This document shows positions 9,677 through 18,563 of a stretch of 64,000 nucleotides of DNA, in pieces. The translations under genes were made by a program, and so were the position numbers. The DNA is from Phycisphaerales bacterium (GTDB taxonomy: Bacteria; Planctomycetota; Phycisphaerae; Phycisphaerales; UBA1924), in NCBI GenBank assembly GCA_965227775.1, contig OZ245777.1:2560001-2624000 (forward strand), written 5' to 3'. The notes beneath the pieces are model-generated. The model worked only from the letters and a program-made list of their open reading frames with translations. It was not told the DNA's origin and ran no database searches. The first letter of the stretch is position 1. Each line of letters opens with the position of its first letter.

Positions 9677-12661
9677 GTGAGCCCTCGGTCCATCCAACTC
9701 ATGACGGTGGTCCTGTTGGGCCTCTTCGCGGCTCCCGTGCCAGGCCAGATCCCCGAGGATCTGCTGGGCGAATCGCAGCAGGCCGACCCCTCGCCCTCGA
9801 TCGGCCGCATCGTCCGCCACTTTGATTTCGAGGAGCGGAGCTTCAACGCGCTGGACATCCCGCTGTATTGGATCCGCGCCCAACACGATCCAGAGGTCCG
9901 CGATCGGCCGGGCTTCCCAATCACCAACCTTGGTCGCCTCGACTACCAGTCGCCCTCGACCAGTGGCTTCGGCACGATTCGCCTGGATACCAGTGGCGGA
10001 AGCACGAGCCTTCGCCTCGAGCCGGGGGTTGCGCCGACGTTCCCCTCGGTTAAGTACGCCGTCGGTGCGATGGTCCGCGTTGAAGGCCTGAAGCACGCGC
10101 GTCCTCGGCTTGCGGCTCGCTTGCTTGATGAAGAAGGCCGGCCGATATCGGGCACATCTGCCTCCACGCTCGTCCAGCCAGGTGTTGACGGCTGGGAAGG
10201 CGGATTCGTGCCGGTGCTCATCAAGCTGCCCGCAGCACCTTCCTATGCAGTCTCGCTTCAGATCGATCTTGAGTTGGCCCAGCCACAAGCCCACAGTTCG
10301 CAAGCCAGCCGCGCGTACGAGCTCTGGAACGAAGACTACGACGGTTCGGTGTGGTTCGACGACGTTGTCATCGTTCAGCTGCCCACAGCCTCGCTGACCA
10401 CGACACGCGGCAGCAACACGTTCCTCGCAAGCGAGGCCCCCGAGTTGCTTATCGATGTGCGCGACCTGTCGGGCGACCCCATCGAGCTTGAGCTGCGTGT
10501 CCGCGACATAGACGGTGTCGTTGTGGCCGAGCGCAGCGAACAGTTTGGCGCCGGTGCACGGGAGATCCGCTGGAAGCCCGAACTTGAGCGGCTTGGCTGG
10601 TATGAGGCCGAGCTGCTCCTCCGCGTTGGATCGATCCCGATGCTCCGACTGCGCGAGCGTTTCGTGTGGCTGCCGGGAACCGGGGGCGCCCAGCTCACGA
10701 TGCCGGCATCCGACGGCATCACGCCAGATCGAGTAGCGCTCGTGGCCCTCAGCGATCGTCGCAGGCTCGCACTCGTCGCCCCGCCTCACGAAGGCGATCC
10801 ACTCGCGAGTTCCGCACGAGAGGTCTTCGAACGCAGCGGCTCGCGAACGCTGATGGTGACCGTGCCCGTTTCGAATTCCGAAGGACTCCAGGCCGATCGG
10901 TGGGCCGAACTCGCGCAGACTTTTACCTCGCTTCGATCACAGACCGGAGCGCAGAGCACGATCATTCTTGACGTCACTCCTGATGACCAAGGCGAAGCGA
11001 CGGGCCACGCCACCGAAGGAGACCGCGCGCTCGCGGTATTCGATGATGGCACCCTCTGGGATGGCGTGCTTGTTCCGATGATCGATCGCCTGGCCGAAGG
11101 AGTCACTCGATGGCATGTCGGGCCCGTCGGTAGCGACGCGCTCGCGGCCACGCCGTCGAGTGGAGGCACGCTCAAGCGGATCGGCGAACGCCTGCACCGG
11201 CTGGTGCCAGATCCCACCATGGGCGCTCCCTGGTCAGGCGAGTTCGATCCGGCGGCCGCATCTCTACCCGATGGACAATCCCAGCGCCGGTCGGGCGGTG
11301 CGATCCAGTGGTCTCTTACGGTGAAGGCTCCGCAGGAAGCCAGGGCGGCATGGATCGCGGAAACCATGAGCAAAATCAGCGGGCTCCTCGCCTCGGAGGG
11401 CGCGAGCGAGGGTGTTCTCGTGCTCGAACCGCTTGATGAAACGCTCTTCGGGCGGCACGCGGCCGTCGCGCGCCTGGCCGAGCAGATGCTGGCCTTTTGG
11501 GCAGCGCTGCCGCAACCCGAGTTTCCCGTGCTCGGTGCGACGCCTGAATCGGAGCTACAACTTGCGCTTTCTGGCTCATTTCGCTGGCAAGAGCAAGACG
11601 ATCGCGAAGAGTCGTTCGACACCAGCGAGGAGCAACACCCCGTTGAGGCCACAGCACAGCTCGCCGCATGGAGGGCAGTCGGCGACCGACTGGTTGGACG
11701 GCGCCTCGTGCACGATTTCACCACCGCCGACGGAATCGATGCCAGCGTGTACCACGCAGTCGTACCACGGGCAGCGGGCAGCGGTGGGCTGCTTGTGCTC
11801 CATCCGCCGGCTGCTCGTGGGCCCACTGGCGAGCGGCCAACCGTCTTCGAGTTCTACCTGGGGGAAGAGCCAGTCAGGGTCTTCGACGTCTTCGGCAATG
11901 AACACACCGTGGAGGCAACGCAAGCCCGGGATGCGGCTTCCGATTCCGCATCCGAGATTCCGCGTCTCGTCCACCGTATCGAACTGGGCGATTGGCCCGT
12001 ATTCGTCGAGGGGGTCGACGTTGATTTGCTGTTGTTCATCGCTTCGCTTCGCCTGGAGCCGGCCCAACTCCCCGCGATCGATGCCGAGCATCAGGCCGCG
12101 CTCGTTATGCGTAATCCCTGGCCGGGCGTCACGAGCGTCCGGGTGCGCGTGGTCTCGCCGGGGGGGTTCGGTGGCCAGCCCGTATCGCAGCGGTCGTGGG
12201 AAATCTCGCCCCGGCTCACCGAGTTGCTTCTCGAGGGTGGTACGGAACGACGCACGCCGATCAACATCCGCTTCCGAAGAAGCGAGCCGGCCGGGCGCAA
12301 GAACCTCGGTCTCGAGTTAGATATCCGCGGTGAACAGGCCGCCCGGCGAGTTCGCGTCGATGTGCCGTTCGAGATCGGGCTCGAGTACCTGAGCGTCATC
12401 GCTTCAGCGCGGCGAACACCTGAGGGCCTGCTCGTGCAAGCCGAGGTTCGCAACCTCGGCGATCGTCCCATCACGCTCGAGGCGACCGCGATCGCGACGG
12501 GAACTCGGCGTGAGCGTGCCCTCATCTCCCGTTTGCCGGCCGGGGCCACCGCCCGACGCGACATCCTGCTGCGTGGAGTGAGGGAGGCCCAGCGTGTTCT
12601 GCTCGCGGTCGAGGACACCGATCTCGGTGGACGCCTGAACTACGAGGTCGACGTTCCCTGA
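9677..12661 (+). CDS. Large exported hypothetical protein (994 aa)
   Basis: Signal peptide; beta-rich N-terminus ('GSVWFDDV') and Ig-like C-terminus. Confidence 0.8.
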   Translation: MSPRSIQLMTVVLLGLFAAPVPGQIPEDLLGESQQADPSPSIGRIVRHFDFEERSFNALDIPLYWIRAQHDPEVRDRPGFPITNLGRLDYQSPSTSGFGTIRLDTSGGSTSLRLEPGVAPTFPSVKYAVGAMVRVEGLKHARPRLAARLLDEEGRPISGTSASTLVQPGVDGWEGGFVPVLIKLPAAPSYAVSLQIDLELAQPQAHSSQASRAYELWNEDYDGSVWFDDVVIVQLPTASLTTTRGSNTFLASEAPELLIDVRDLSGDPIELELRVRDIDGVVVAERSEQFGAGAREIRWKPELERLGWYEAELLLRVGSIPMLRLRERFVWLPGTGGAQLTMPASDGITPDRVALVALSDRRRLALVAPPHEGDPLASSAREVFERSGSRTLMVTVPVSNSEGLQADRWAELAQTFTSLRSQTGAQSTIILDVTPDDQGEATGHATEGDRALAVFDDGTLWDGVLVPMIDRLAEGVTRWHVGPVGSDALAATPSSGGTLKRIGERLHRLVPDPTMGAPWSGEFDPAAASLPDGQSQRRSGGAIQWSLTVKAPQEARAAWIAETMSKISGLLASEGASEGVLVLEPLDETLFGRHAAVARLAEQMLAFWAALPQPEFPVLGATPESELQLALSGSFRWQEQDDREESFDTSEEQHPVEATAQLAAWRAVGDRLVGRRLVHDFTTADGIDASVYHAVVPRAAGSGGLLVLHPPAARGPTGERPTVFEFYLGEEPVRVFDVFGNEHTVEATQARDAASDSASEIPRLVHRIELGDWPVFVEGVDVDLLLFIASLRLEPAQLPAIDAEHQAALVMRNPWPGVTSVRVRVVSPGGFGGQPVSQRSWEISPRLTELLLEGGTERRTPINIRFRRSEPAGRKNLGLELDIRGEQAARRVRVDVPFEIGLEYLSVIASARRTPEGLLVQAEVRNLGDRPITLEATAIATGTRRERALISRLPAGATARRDILLRGVREAQRVLLAVEDTDLGGRLNYEVDVP

Positions 12662-12677
12662 GTTAGGGTCGACTTGC

Positions 12678-13481
12678 TCAAGGGCGCTTCAGCAGCCAGA
12701 TCGCATATCCCGGTGCGCCCTCGGCCAGAGGCTCCATCGCCTCGCCCGACTCATCTGCGCAGCCGATGAGTTCGAATCCTGACCGTTCAATGATCGCGTT
12801 CCACTGCGGCCTGTCGTAGCTGCGCAGCACGTAGCTGCTCGGGACGATCTGTGTCTCGGTCGGTCGCGTCACTTCCAGCACGTTGTGCACGTGTTCCATG
12901 CGGTCGCGGCCGCCCCGAGCGGGAGTGTACTGCACGACCTGCTTGACACGGAGCGAGCCGCGTGCACCCTCCCAGACGTCCTCGCTGGGCTGCTCGACGC
13001 CGTAGACGCTCATGCTCAGGCCGACCGCGTACACGCCGCCGGGCTTGAGCACGTTGTACACGCGGTGCAGGTGCCCAAGCATCGCTGCGTCGGTACCGAG
13101 GTGGCGGATGGTGTTGATTAGGTTGAAAGCGAGCTCGAAACGCCAGCCGCGTGCCAGCTCGGCCGCATCAAACGCTTCCATCGTCGCGACGCCCACGCGC
13201 CATAGGCCTCCATCGAATCGCTCCAACCCATGCCGTGCGTACTCGACCATGGCCTCGCTCTGGTCGAATCCCGCGATGCGCACACCGCGCGCCGCCGCGA
13301 CGCGGAGATACCGGCCACTGCCGCAGGCCGGCTCCAGCCATGGGCCCCTCGCACCGAGCCCCAGCCGGATGCAGAGACGTTGCAGTCCCGTCACCTCGGC
13401 CGCAGTACCCGCACCGTGCAGCACGTCGTAGAGCACCGGTTCGTCGTAGAATCCTCTCGCAATGTCGGCCTCGTCTGCCAT
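12678..13481 (-). CDS. Class I SAM-dependent methyltransferase
   Basis: LEPACGSGR, GFDQSEAMV, LKPGGVY. Confidence 0.9.
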   Translation of the reverse strand: MADEADIARGFYDEPVLYDVLHGAGTAAEVTGLQRLCIRLGLGARGPWLEPACGSGRYLRVAAARGVRIAGFDQSEAMVEYARHGLERFDGGLWRVGVATMEAFDAAELARGWRFELAFNLINTIRHLGTDAAMLGHLHRVYNVLKPGGVYAVGLSMSVYGVEQPSEDVWEGARGSLRVKQVVQYTPARGGRDRMEHVHNVLEVTRPTETQIVPSSYVLRSYDRPQWNAIIERSGFELIGCADESGEAMEPLAEGAPGYAIWLLKRP

Positions 13482-13538
13482 CGCGACAGACTAGGACGAA
13501 AGACCCGGACGCCGAATTGGTACCACGGAGGAACATGC

Positions 13539-14639
13539 ATGATGGCACGCGTCTTTGGATTGCTCGCAGGGGTACTAGCGTTGTCGCTGAGCGCGGCGGC
13601 CGAAGCGCAGCAGACGACCGAACCGGTACACCTGCTCGAGGCGATCGGCGCGGAGGTCCTGGTCGACGCGTCCGGTCAGGTCCATGTGGACGGGCAGCGA
13701 CTCGACGTCGAGGGGCAGCCCGTGCGGCGCGTCGTTGGAGCAGTCGAACTGGACGGACACCTGCTGGTTGCCATCCGCGACGGTGCGATCCTCGTGTTTG
13801 AACCTTCGGACGGCGATGAACTGCCACGTCTGGTCCAGGTGCTGGATGGCCTGGGGCGCGAGTTGCGTTCCATTGCCGCCGATGACCGGCTCGACCGCGC
13901 CATCGTGCTTGCGGCGGGCACAACCGAAGTCTTCGGCGTACACGTACATGATGAAACCGTCTGGCGTGAGGACGATCCAACCAGGCGCGCGTTCGTCGAC
14001 CACGCTCGATTCCTCGACATGCTGCGGGACGAGACGGCCGGTGAGACGGAGAAGGCCGACCCGCGCACGTTCGCCATCGGCCCGCGCTCGCTCCTGCTCG
14101 CGACAGACCGAGGTCTGCTCGAACTCCTGCACCTGAACCGCAGCTATGCCCTGCTGGCCCGCGCCCCGCTGCCGCCGGGCGTCGCACGCATCGAGTCCCT
14201 TGCGTTCGCGGCCGATCCCGGCAGTGGGGACGGCGTCGACCCGCGGACCATCAAGGGGCGCTGGCTGCTCGCAGGCCTAAGTGACGAGGCCGAATGCGTG
14301 CTCAAGTGGGCGGAGCACCCGGCCGGTCCATGGCAAGACCTGGGCGTCGCGGCCCTGGACGGCTCGCTGGCAACACCCACGGGGAGTTCGAACGAGGGCG
14401 GTGACACCGACGCGCGCGAGGGAACGCCGATCGCCTGGTTGCCCGGTAGCTTCTCGATTCGTGATCCTGACGGCAAGACGATGACCCTCTGCATCCGCGG
14501 CGAGCGCGGCGCTGCCGCGAGTTGGCCTATCGGCGCAACAAGTCTCGACAGCGATTCGCTGACTATTCGATGGCTGGACGATGAAACCGCTGTTGATGCG
14601 CCCGACAGTGGGAGTGGGGGCGCCGAAGCCAGCCGCTAG
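13539..14639 (+). CDS. Exported hypothetical protein
   Basis: GGAGG RBS; signal peptide ending AEA-Q. Confidence 0.7.
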   Translation: MMARVFGLLAGVLALSLSAAAEAQQTTEPVHLLEAIGAEVLVDASGQVHVDGQRLDVEGQPVRRVVGAVELDGHLLVAIRDGAILVFEPSDGDELPRLVQVLDGLGRELRSIAADDRLDRAIVLAAGTTEVFGVHVHDETVWREDDPTRRAFVDHARFLDMLRDETAGETEKADPRTFAIGPRSLLLATDRGLLELLHLNRSYALLARAPLPPGVARIESLAFAADPGSGDGVDPRTIKGRWLLAGLSDEAECVLKWAEHPAGPWQDLGVAALDGSLATPTGSSNEGGDTDAREGTPIAWLPGSFSIRDPDGKTMTLCIRGERGAAASWPIGATSLDSDSLTIRWLDDETAVDAPDSGSGGAEASR

Positions 14640-14784
14640 TCCGGTACACCGCTGCGGGTGCCAAGTCCAAACACCCGCGAGCCCGACCTGCACGGAACCG
14701 TAAGTGCTGACCGCAGCGCTATCGGAGTCGGGGTCCGGTCGATGAGAGGAAGGGCAACCGGACTCGCTCCGCTATGCTCTCCCC

Positions 14785-14919
14785 GTGCGTTTTCACCGCT
14801 CCCGCAATCCTGACGACCGGATCGGCCTCTCGGGCTGCGTCTCACTGTGGTTTCTTTCCACCTTCGTAGTCATGGTCGGTGTGGTATTGGTATTCCTGCT
14901 TGCGGCGGTGCTCTTCTGA
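14785..14919 (+). CDS. Putative 44-aa small membrane protein
   Basis: GTG start: MRFHRSRNPDDRIGLSGCVSLWFLSTFVVMVGVVLVFLLAAVLF*; TATGCT 6 nt upstream. Confidence 0.5.
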   Translation: MRFHRSRNPDDRIGLSGCVSLWFLSTFVVMVGVVLVFLLAAVLF

Positions 14920-15040
14920 GTTGGCGAAGCCGACGGCAACATGCTGTTCGCCCTGTCGTGCAGGACCGGGCGCCGATAAGCAAGTGACGTTCCCGTGGCC
15001 GCGAGTCACAGCGCGCCGTCTACTCAACGATGAGGCGATC

Positions 15041-15382
15041 ATGACTGTTCGACGATCTCATACTGGCACCTACGCACCACCACCCGATCGCATCGCGGCG
15101 ATCATCCGAGATGTCTTGGCAAAGGGCCGCCCCAGCTACAAATACACAAACGTCGTTGAGTCACCAGCGCACCAATGGACAGCGCGCATAAGGCCAGTCT
15201 GGTGGCCGGTCTTGCTCTCAACGCGGATACACATCCAGTGCGTGGAAGCCAACGGCGGTAGCAGCGTGACCGTCAACACCGTCTCCCAGTTCTACATCAT
15301 GGGTGACGTCTTTGATTTCTATCGGAGGTACATCCACGACTTGCTTACGGCGATTGATGAAGCAGCAGAAGCTGCAAGCTAG
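15041..15382 (+). CDS. Hypothetical protein (113 aa)
   Basis: GAGG before ATG 15041; protein-like composition; visibly less GC-rich codons. Confidence 0.55.
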   Translation: MTVRRSHTGTYAPPPDRIAAIIRDVLAKGRPSYKYTNVVESPAHQWTARIRPVWWPVLLSTRIHIQCVEANGGSSVTVNTVSQFYIMGDVFDFYRRYIHDLLTAIDEAAEAAS

Positions 15383-15570
15383 CCACAGTTAAGCATCGGC
15401 TGGCAGCCTGGCCCCGTGTCGGCGTGCGTCCACACCTCGGGTCAGTCAGAGTCCCGCCACGCCCGAATTCGTACGCCACGAATTAGCCATGTTTGCGATC
15501 GGCTTGGTCTTGGGTCGGTCAGGGTTCAAAGATGAACTTGGCCGGTGTCGCGCGGGGGCGGGAGGACCGC

Positions 15571-15777
15571 ATGGGACGCATTCCGTTCAAGGGCTGGTTG
15601 CTGCTGATGCTCGGCGCGTCACGGGCGCCGCTGTCGGCCGAAGAAGCGCGAGCCATGCGCAGGAGCAAGGCCAGGGACGAGCCGGCAGGCACGACCGTCG
15701 TCGTGCCGCCGCCCATGAAGACAAAGCACGACGCGGCGGACGCTCTGGAGCACCCAGCCGGCCCCGAGCCGCGGTAG
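15571..15777 (+). CDS. Small hypothetical protein (68 aa)
   Basis: GGAGG RBS before ATG; MGRIPFKGWLLLMLGA... Confidence 0.5.
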   Translation: MGRIPFKGWLLLMLGASRAPLSAEEARAMRRSKARDEPAGTTVVVPPPMKTKHDAADALEHPAGPEPR

Positions 15778-16149
15778 CGATTTGGGGAAGTCCGCCCCAG
15801 CGAGCAGATTGTCGACACGTCGCCGAAACCCCGGCCCGGCCCCGAACGTACCGGTGGGCGGCTGGCCCGGTCGGAGCCCCCAGCAATTGGGGGCCAATGA
15901 CCCCACCGGGCCCAAACACTGCCACGCCGGAGCATGACAATCCGGGTCGGCACCAATAGACTTGCGGCCCAGCGGGGCCCGGGCGTCCGGACCCCCACGC
16001 GGTGTGCCAGGCCGGCAAACCGCCCGACAGAAACCGATCCTTGATCTCCGGCCGAGCGGTGGCCGGCAACGCGGCTCCGATGGGAGCCCGATGAGAGAGC
16101 CCTTTCGACCGAACGGTCAGAACCAGTTACAGAGAAGGAACCCACTTCA

Positions 16150-16488
16150 ATGGCCGAGAACCCCCAGCAGCAGCAGGTCCAGCTCCGCATCGACGAGAGC
16201 AAGATGCAGACCACCTACGCCAACACCATCCGCAGCAGCACCACCAACGACGAGGTCGTGCTGGACTTCGGCATGAACCTGCCCATGCAGGGCAACGATG
16301 GCAAGCCCGTGCTCAACTTCAGCGTCGGCAGCCGAATCGTGACAAACTGGGCCGGCGCCAAGCGCCTGGCGATCTCGATGGGTCAGATGGTCCGCCAGTA
16401 CGAGGAGCGTAACGGCGAGATCCAGATCAACCGCGGCCAGCCCCAGCCCGGCGCTGAGGGTGGCGACGGCCCGCGCCTGAGCGAGTAA
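16150..16488 (+). CDS. DUF3467 domain protein
   Basis: 'IDESKMQTTYAN...EVVLDFG...RIV...AKRLA...YEERNGEI'; AAGGA RBS. Confidence 0.88.
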   Translation: MAENPQQQQVQLRIDESKMQTTYANTIRSSTTNDEVVLDFGMNLPMQGNDGKPVLNFSVGSRIVTNWAGAKRLAISMGQMVRQYEERNGEIQINRGQPQPGAEGGDGPRLSE

Positions 16489-16556
16489 CCCAGCCGGGGC
16501 GCACGCCGCCCCGCGCACGGAGGGCAGGCGCCCTCCCCCGGAGGCCCGGCGACCGC

Positions 16557-18554
16557 ATGAGCGCCTCGACGTCCGCATCGTCCAACCCGTCGCTTCCCGG
16601 CAGGTCCTCGCCCGGTGGTTCACCCGCCGCGCGGGGCGCGGCTCCGGGTGCGCCCAGTGCGCAGGAAGCCCTGAGCGACTACCTCGAACGGCTGCTGGAG
16701 CAGCTCTGTACGCTGTCGCGCGCCCAGGCAGGGCTGGCGTTTATCAAGCCCGGCCAGCAGCGTGCGGGTGGACTCGCAGCGTTGCGCGCGCCGGGTGGTG
16801 AGCGGCTGGCCGAGCAGCTCCGGAGCGATGCGCAGCTACTCGCACGGCTCTCAAAGCTGGCCGATCGCGCGGCCGATCTCGCGCAGGAGCAAGCTCAATC
16901 CCAAACCCAGACACAGTCTCAGCCGCTGACTGAGAGTGTCACCATCGGTGGAGGGGCGCTCTACCACGCCCAGGCAACCCACCGTGCGACAGCCGTGCCG
17001 CTTGTCGCGCTGGGCCAGGCCGAGGGTGCGTGCGTCGTGTTGACGCCGATGAGCCAACAAGCCAGTGAACAGGCCAACGGGCTCGCTGAGGGAGCGATGG
17101 TCGCGGCCGCGGGGAACTTCGAGGGCTTCCTCTGGAGCCAGCGGGCCTTGGCCGAGGCCGAGCGAACCGCCCGCCTTCGCGAGACGCTGGAGATGCTCGA
17201 CGCCGCCCAGCGCGGCGCGTCAGCCAAGAGCATGGCGAGCCTCTTCTGCGACGAACTACGCCGCCGATTCGGCTGCTCACGTGTCACGGTCGGGCTGGTG
17301 CAGGGCCACGACATCAGAGCTGTTGCGATCAGCGGGGCCGACACCATCGATCGGCGCAATCCGGCGGTCGAGGCGCTCGAGGCCGCGATGGATGAGTGCG
17401 CGGACCAAGACATCGAGGTGATGTTCCCGCAGAGCGACGAACTCGCGCCCGCTGAGCGCCGCGTTGTGCGTGCCCACGGTGAGCTTTCGCGTAGCTTTGG
17501 GCCCTCAAGCATCGTCAGCCTGCCGCTACGCGTCGATGGGGATCTTGTTGGCGTCGCGGTGCTGGAACGAGACGCCGAAGATCCGTTCCCGCCCGGCTCG
17601 CTCGGATTGCTCCGGTTGGTCGCCGAGTTCATCGGGCCGGCGGTCTGGACCCGGCGCCTTGCCGACCGAGGCATTCTGGCGGTTTCGCGCGATCGCGTGC
17701 TCGACCTGGGCTCGGCAATCGTCGGTCCGCGACACACGCTTCTCAAGCTGGTTGGGGTGCTGGCGATCTTCGTGTTCGTCGTTCTCGCAGCGCTGCCGAT
17801 CCCGGACGTCGTGAGCGCCGAGGCCGAGACCAAGGCCGCGGTGCAGCGCGCTGTTACACCGCCGTACCAGGGGTACCTCGAGTGGGTTGGGGTGAAACCC
17901 GGCGATGAGGTCACCGCGGGCCAATTGCTCGCTCGAATGGACACGACCGAGCGCGAGGCACAGCTCACCCAACTCGACGCCCAGTACGCAGCGCTGCGGA
18001 CAAACCGTGAGAGCGAGTTGTCTCGCGGCCGCATGGAAGACGCACAGGTCCTGACCGAACGGCTTCGTGAGCTCGACGCGGAGATGAGCTTGCTGCGGTA
18101 CCAGATCGACAAGGCCCGCATCGTCGCGCCCGTCGCGGGTCGCGTGGCCGGATCTGACTTGGAACCATGGCTCGATGCACCGATCGCGCCGGACACGCCT
18201 TTGTTGCGGATCGTGGGGGATCAGAACGTCGTCGTCCTACGGGTACCCGAGCGCGACATCGCGGCGGCCCAGCGACGACTGACTGACGAAGGCCAAGAAG
18301 ACGATGGCACCTTTGCCGCACGTGCACGCCCAGACCAACGCCTGCCCGTTCGGCTCATCCGCGTGAATCCGCAGGCCGAAGCCGTCAGCGGCGGCAACGT
18401 GTACCTGGTCGAGGCCGAGATCAAAGGTCAGGCGCCCGTCTGGTTGAAGCCAGGCATGACCGGTCGCGCGCGCGTGCGCGACGGCTGGACTACGCCGCTG
18501 GTTCGGCTTGTGCGGCCGCTCGTCGACCGAGCCCAGATGGCGTGGTGGTGGTAG
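16557..18554 (+). CDS. GAF-domain HlyD-family periplasmic adaptor
   Basis: GAF-like 'LEAAMDECADQ...SLPLR...VGVAVLER'; TM; lipoyl-like VKPGDEVTAGQLLA; IVAPVAG; LKPGMTGRARV. Confidence 0.88.
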   Translation: MSASTSASSNPSLPGRSSPGGSPAARGAAPGAPSAQEALSDYLERLLEQLCTLSRAQAGLAFIKPGQQRAGGLAALRAPGGERLAEQLRSDAQLLARLSKLADRAADLAQEQAQSQTQTQSQPLTESVTIGGGALYHAQATHRATAVPLVALGQAEGACVVLTPMSQQASEQANGLAEGAMVAAAGNFEGFLWSQRALAEAERTARLRETLEMLDAAQRGASAKSMASLFCDELRRRFGCSRVTVGLVQGHDIRAVAISGADTIDRRNPAVEALEAAMDECADQDIEVMFPQSDELAPAERRVVRAHGELSRSFGPSSIVSLPLRVDGDLVGVAVLERDAEDPFPPGSLGLLRLVAEFIGPAVWTRRLADRGILAVSRDRVLDLGSAIVGPRHTLLKLVGVLAIFVFVVLAALPIPDVVSAEAETKAAVQRAVTPPYQGYLEWVGVKPGDEVTAGQLLARMDTTEREAQLTQLDAQYAALRTNRESELSRGRMEDAQVLTERLRELDAEMSLLRYQIDKARIVAPVAGRVAGSDLEPWLDAPIAPDTPLLRIVGDQNVVVLRVPERDIAAAQRRLTDEGQEDDGTFAARARPDQRLPVRLIRVNPQAEAVSGGNVYLVEAEIKGQAPVWLKPGMTGRARVRDGWTTPLVRLVRPLVDRAQMAWWW

Positions 18555-18563
18555 GAGCGCAGC

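Noticed and set aside
12765..12785. GTTCGAATCC tRNA T-loop-like sequence
   Set aside because: Inside the methyltransferase CDS, with no cloverleaf around it
16014..16040. Possible sigma-28 promoter (GCAAA-N14-CCGAT) upstream of the DUF3467 gene
   Set aside because: Match too weak to separate from chance
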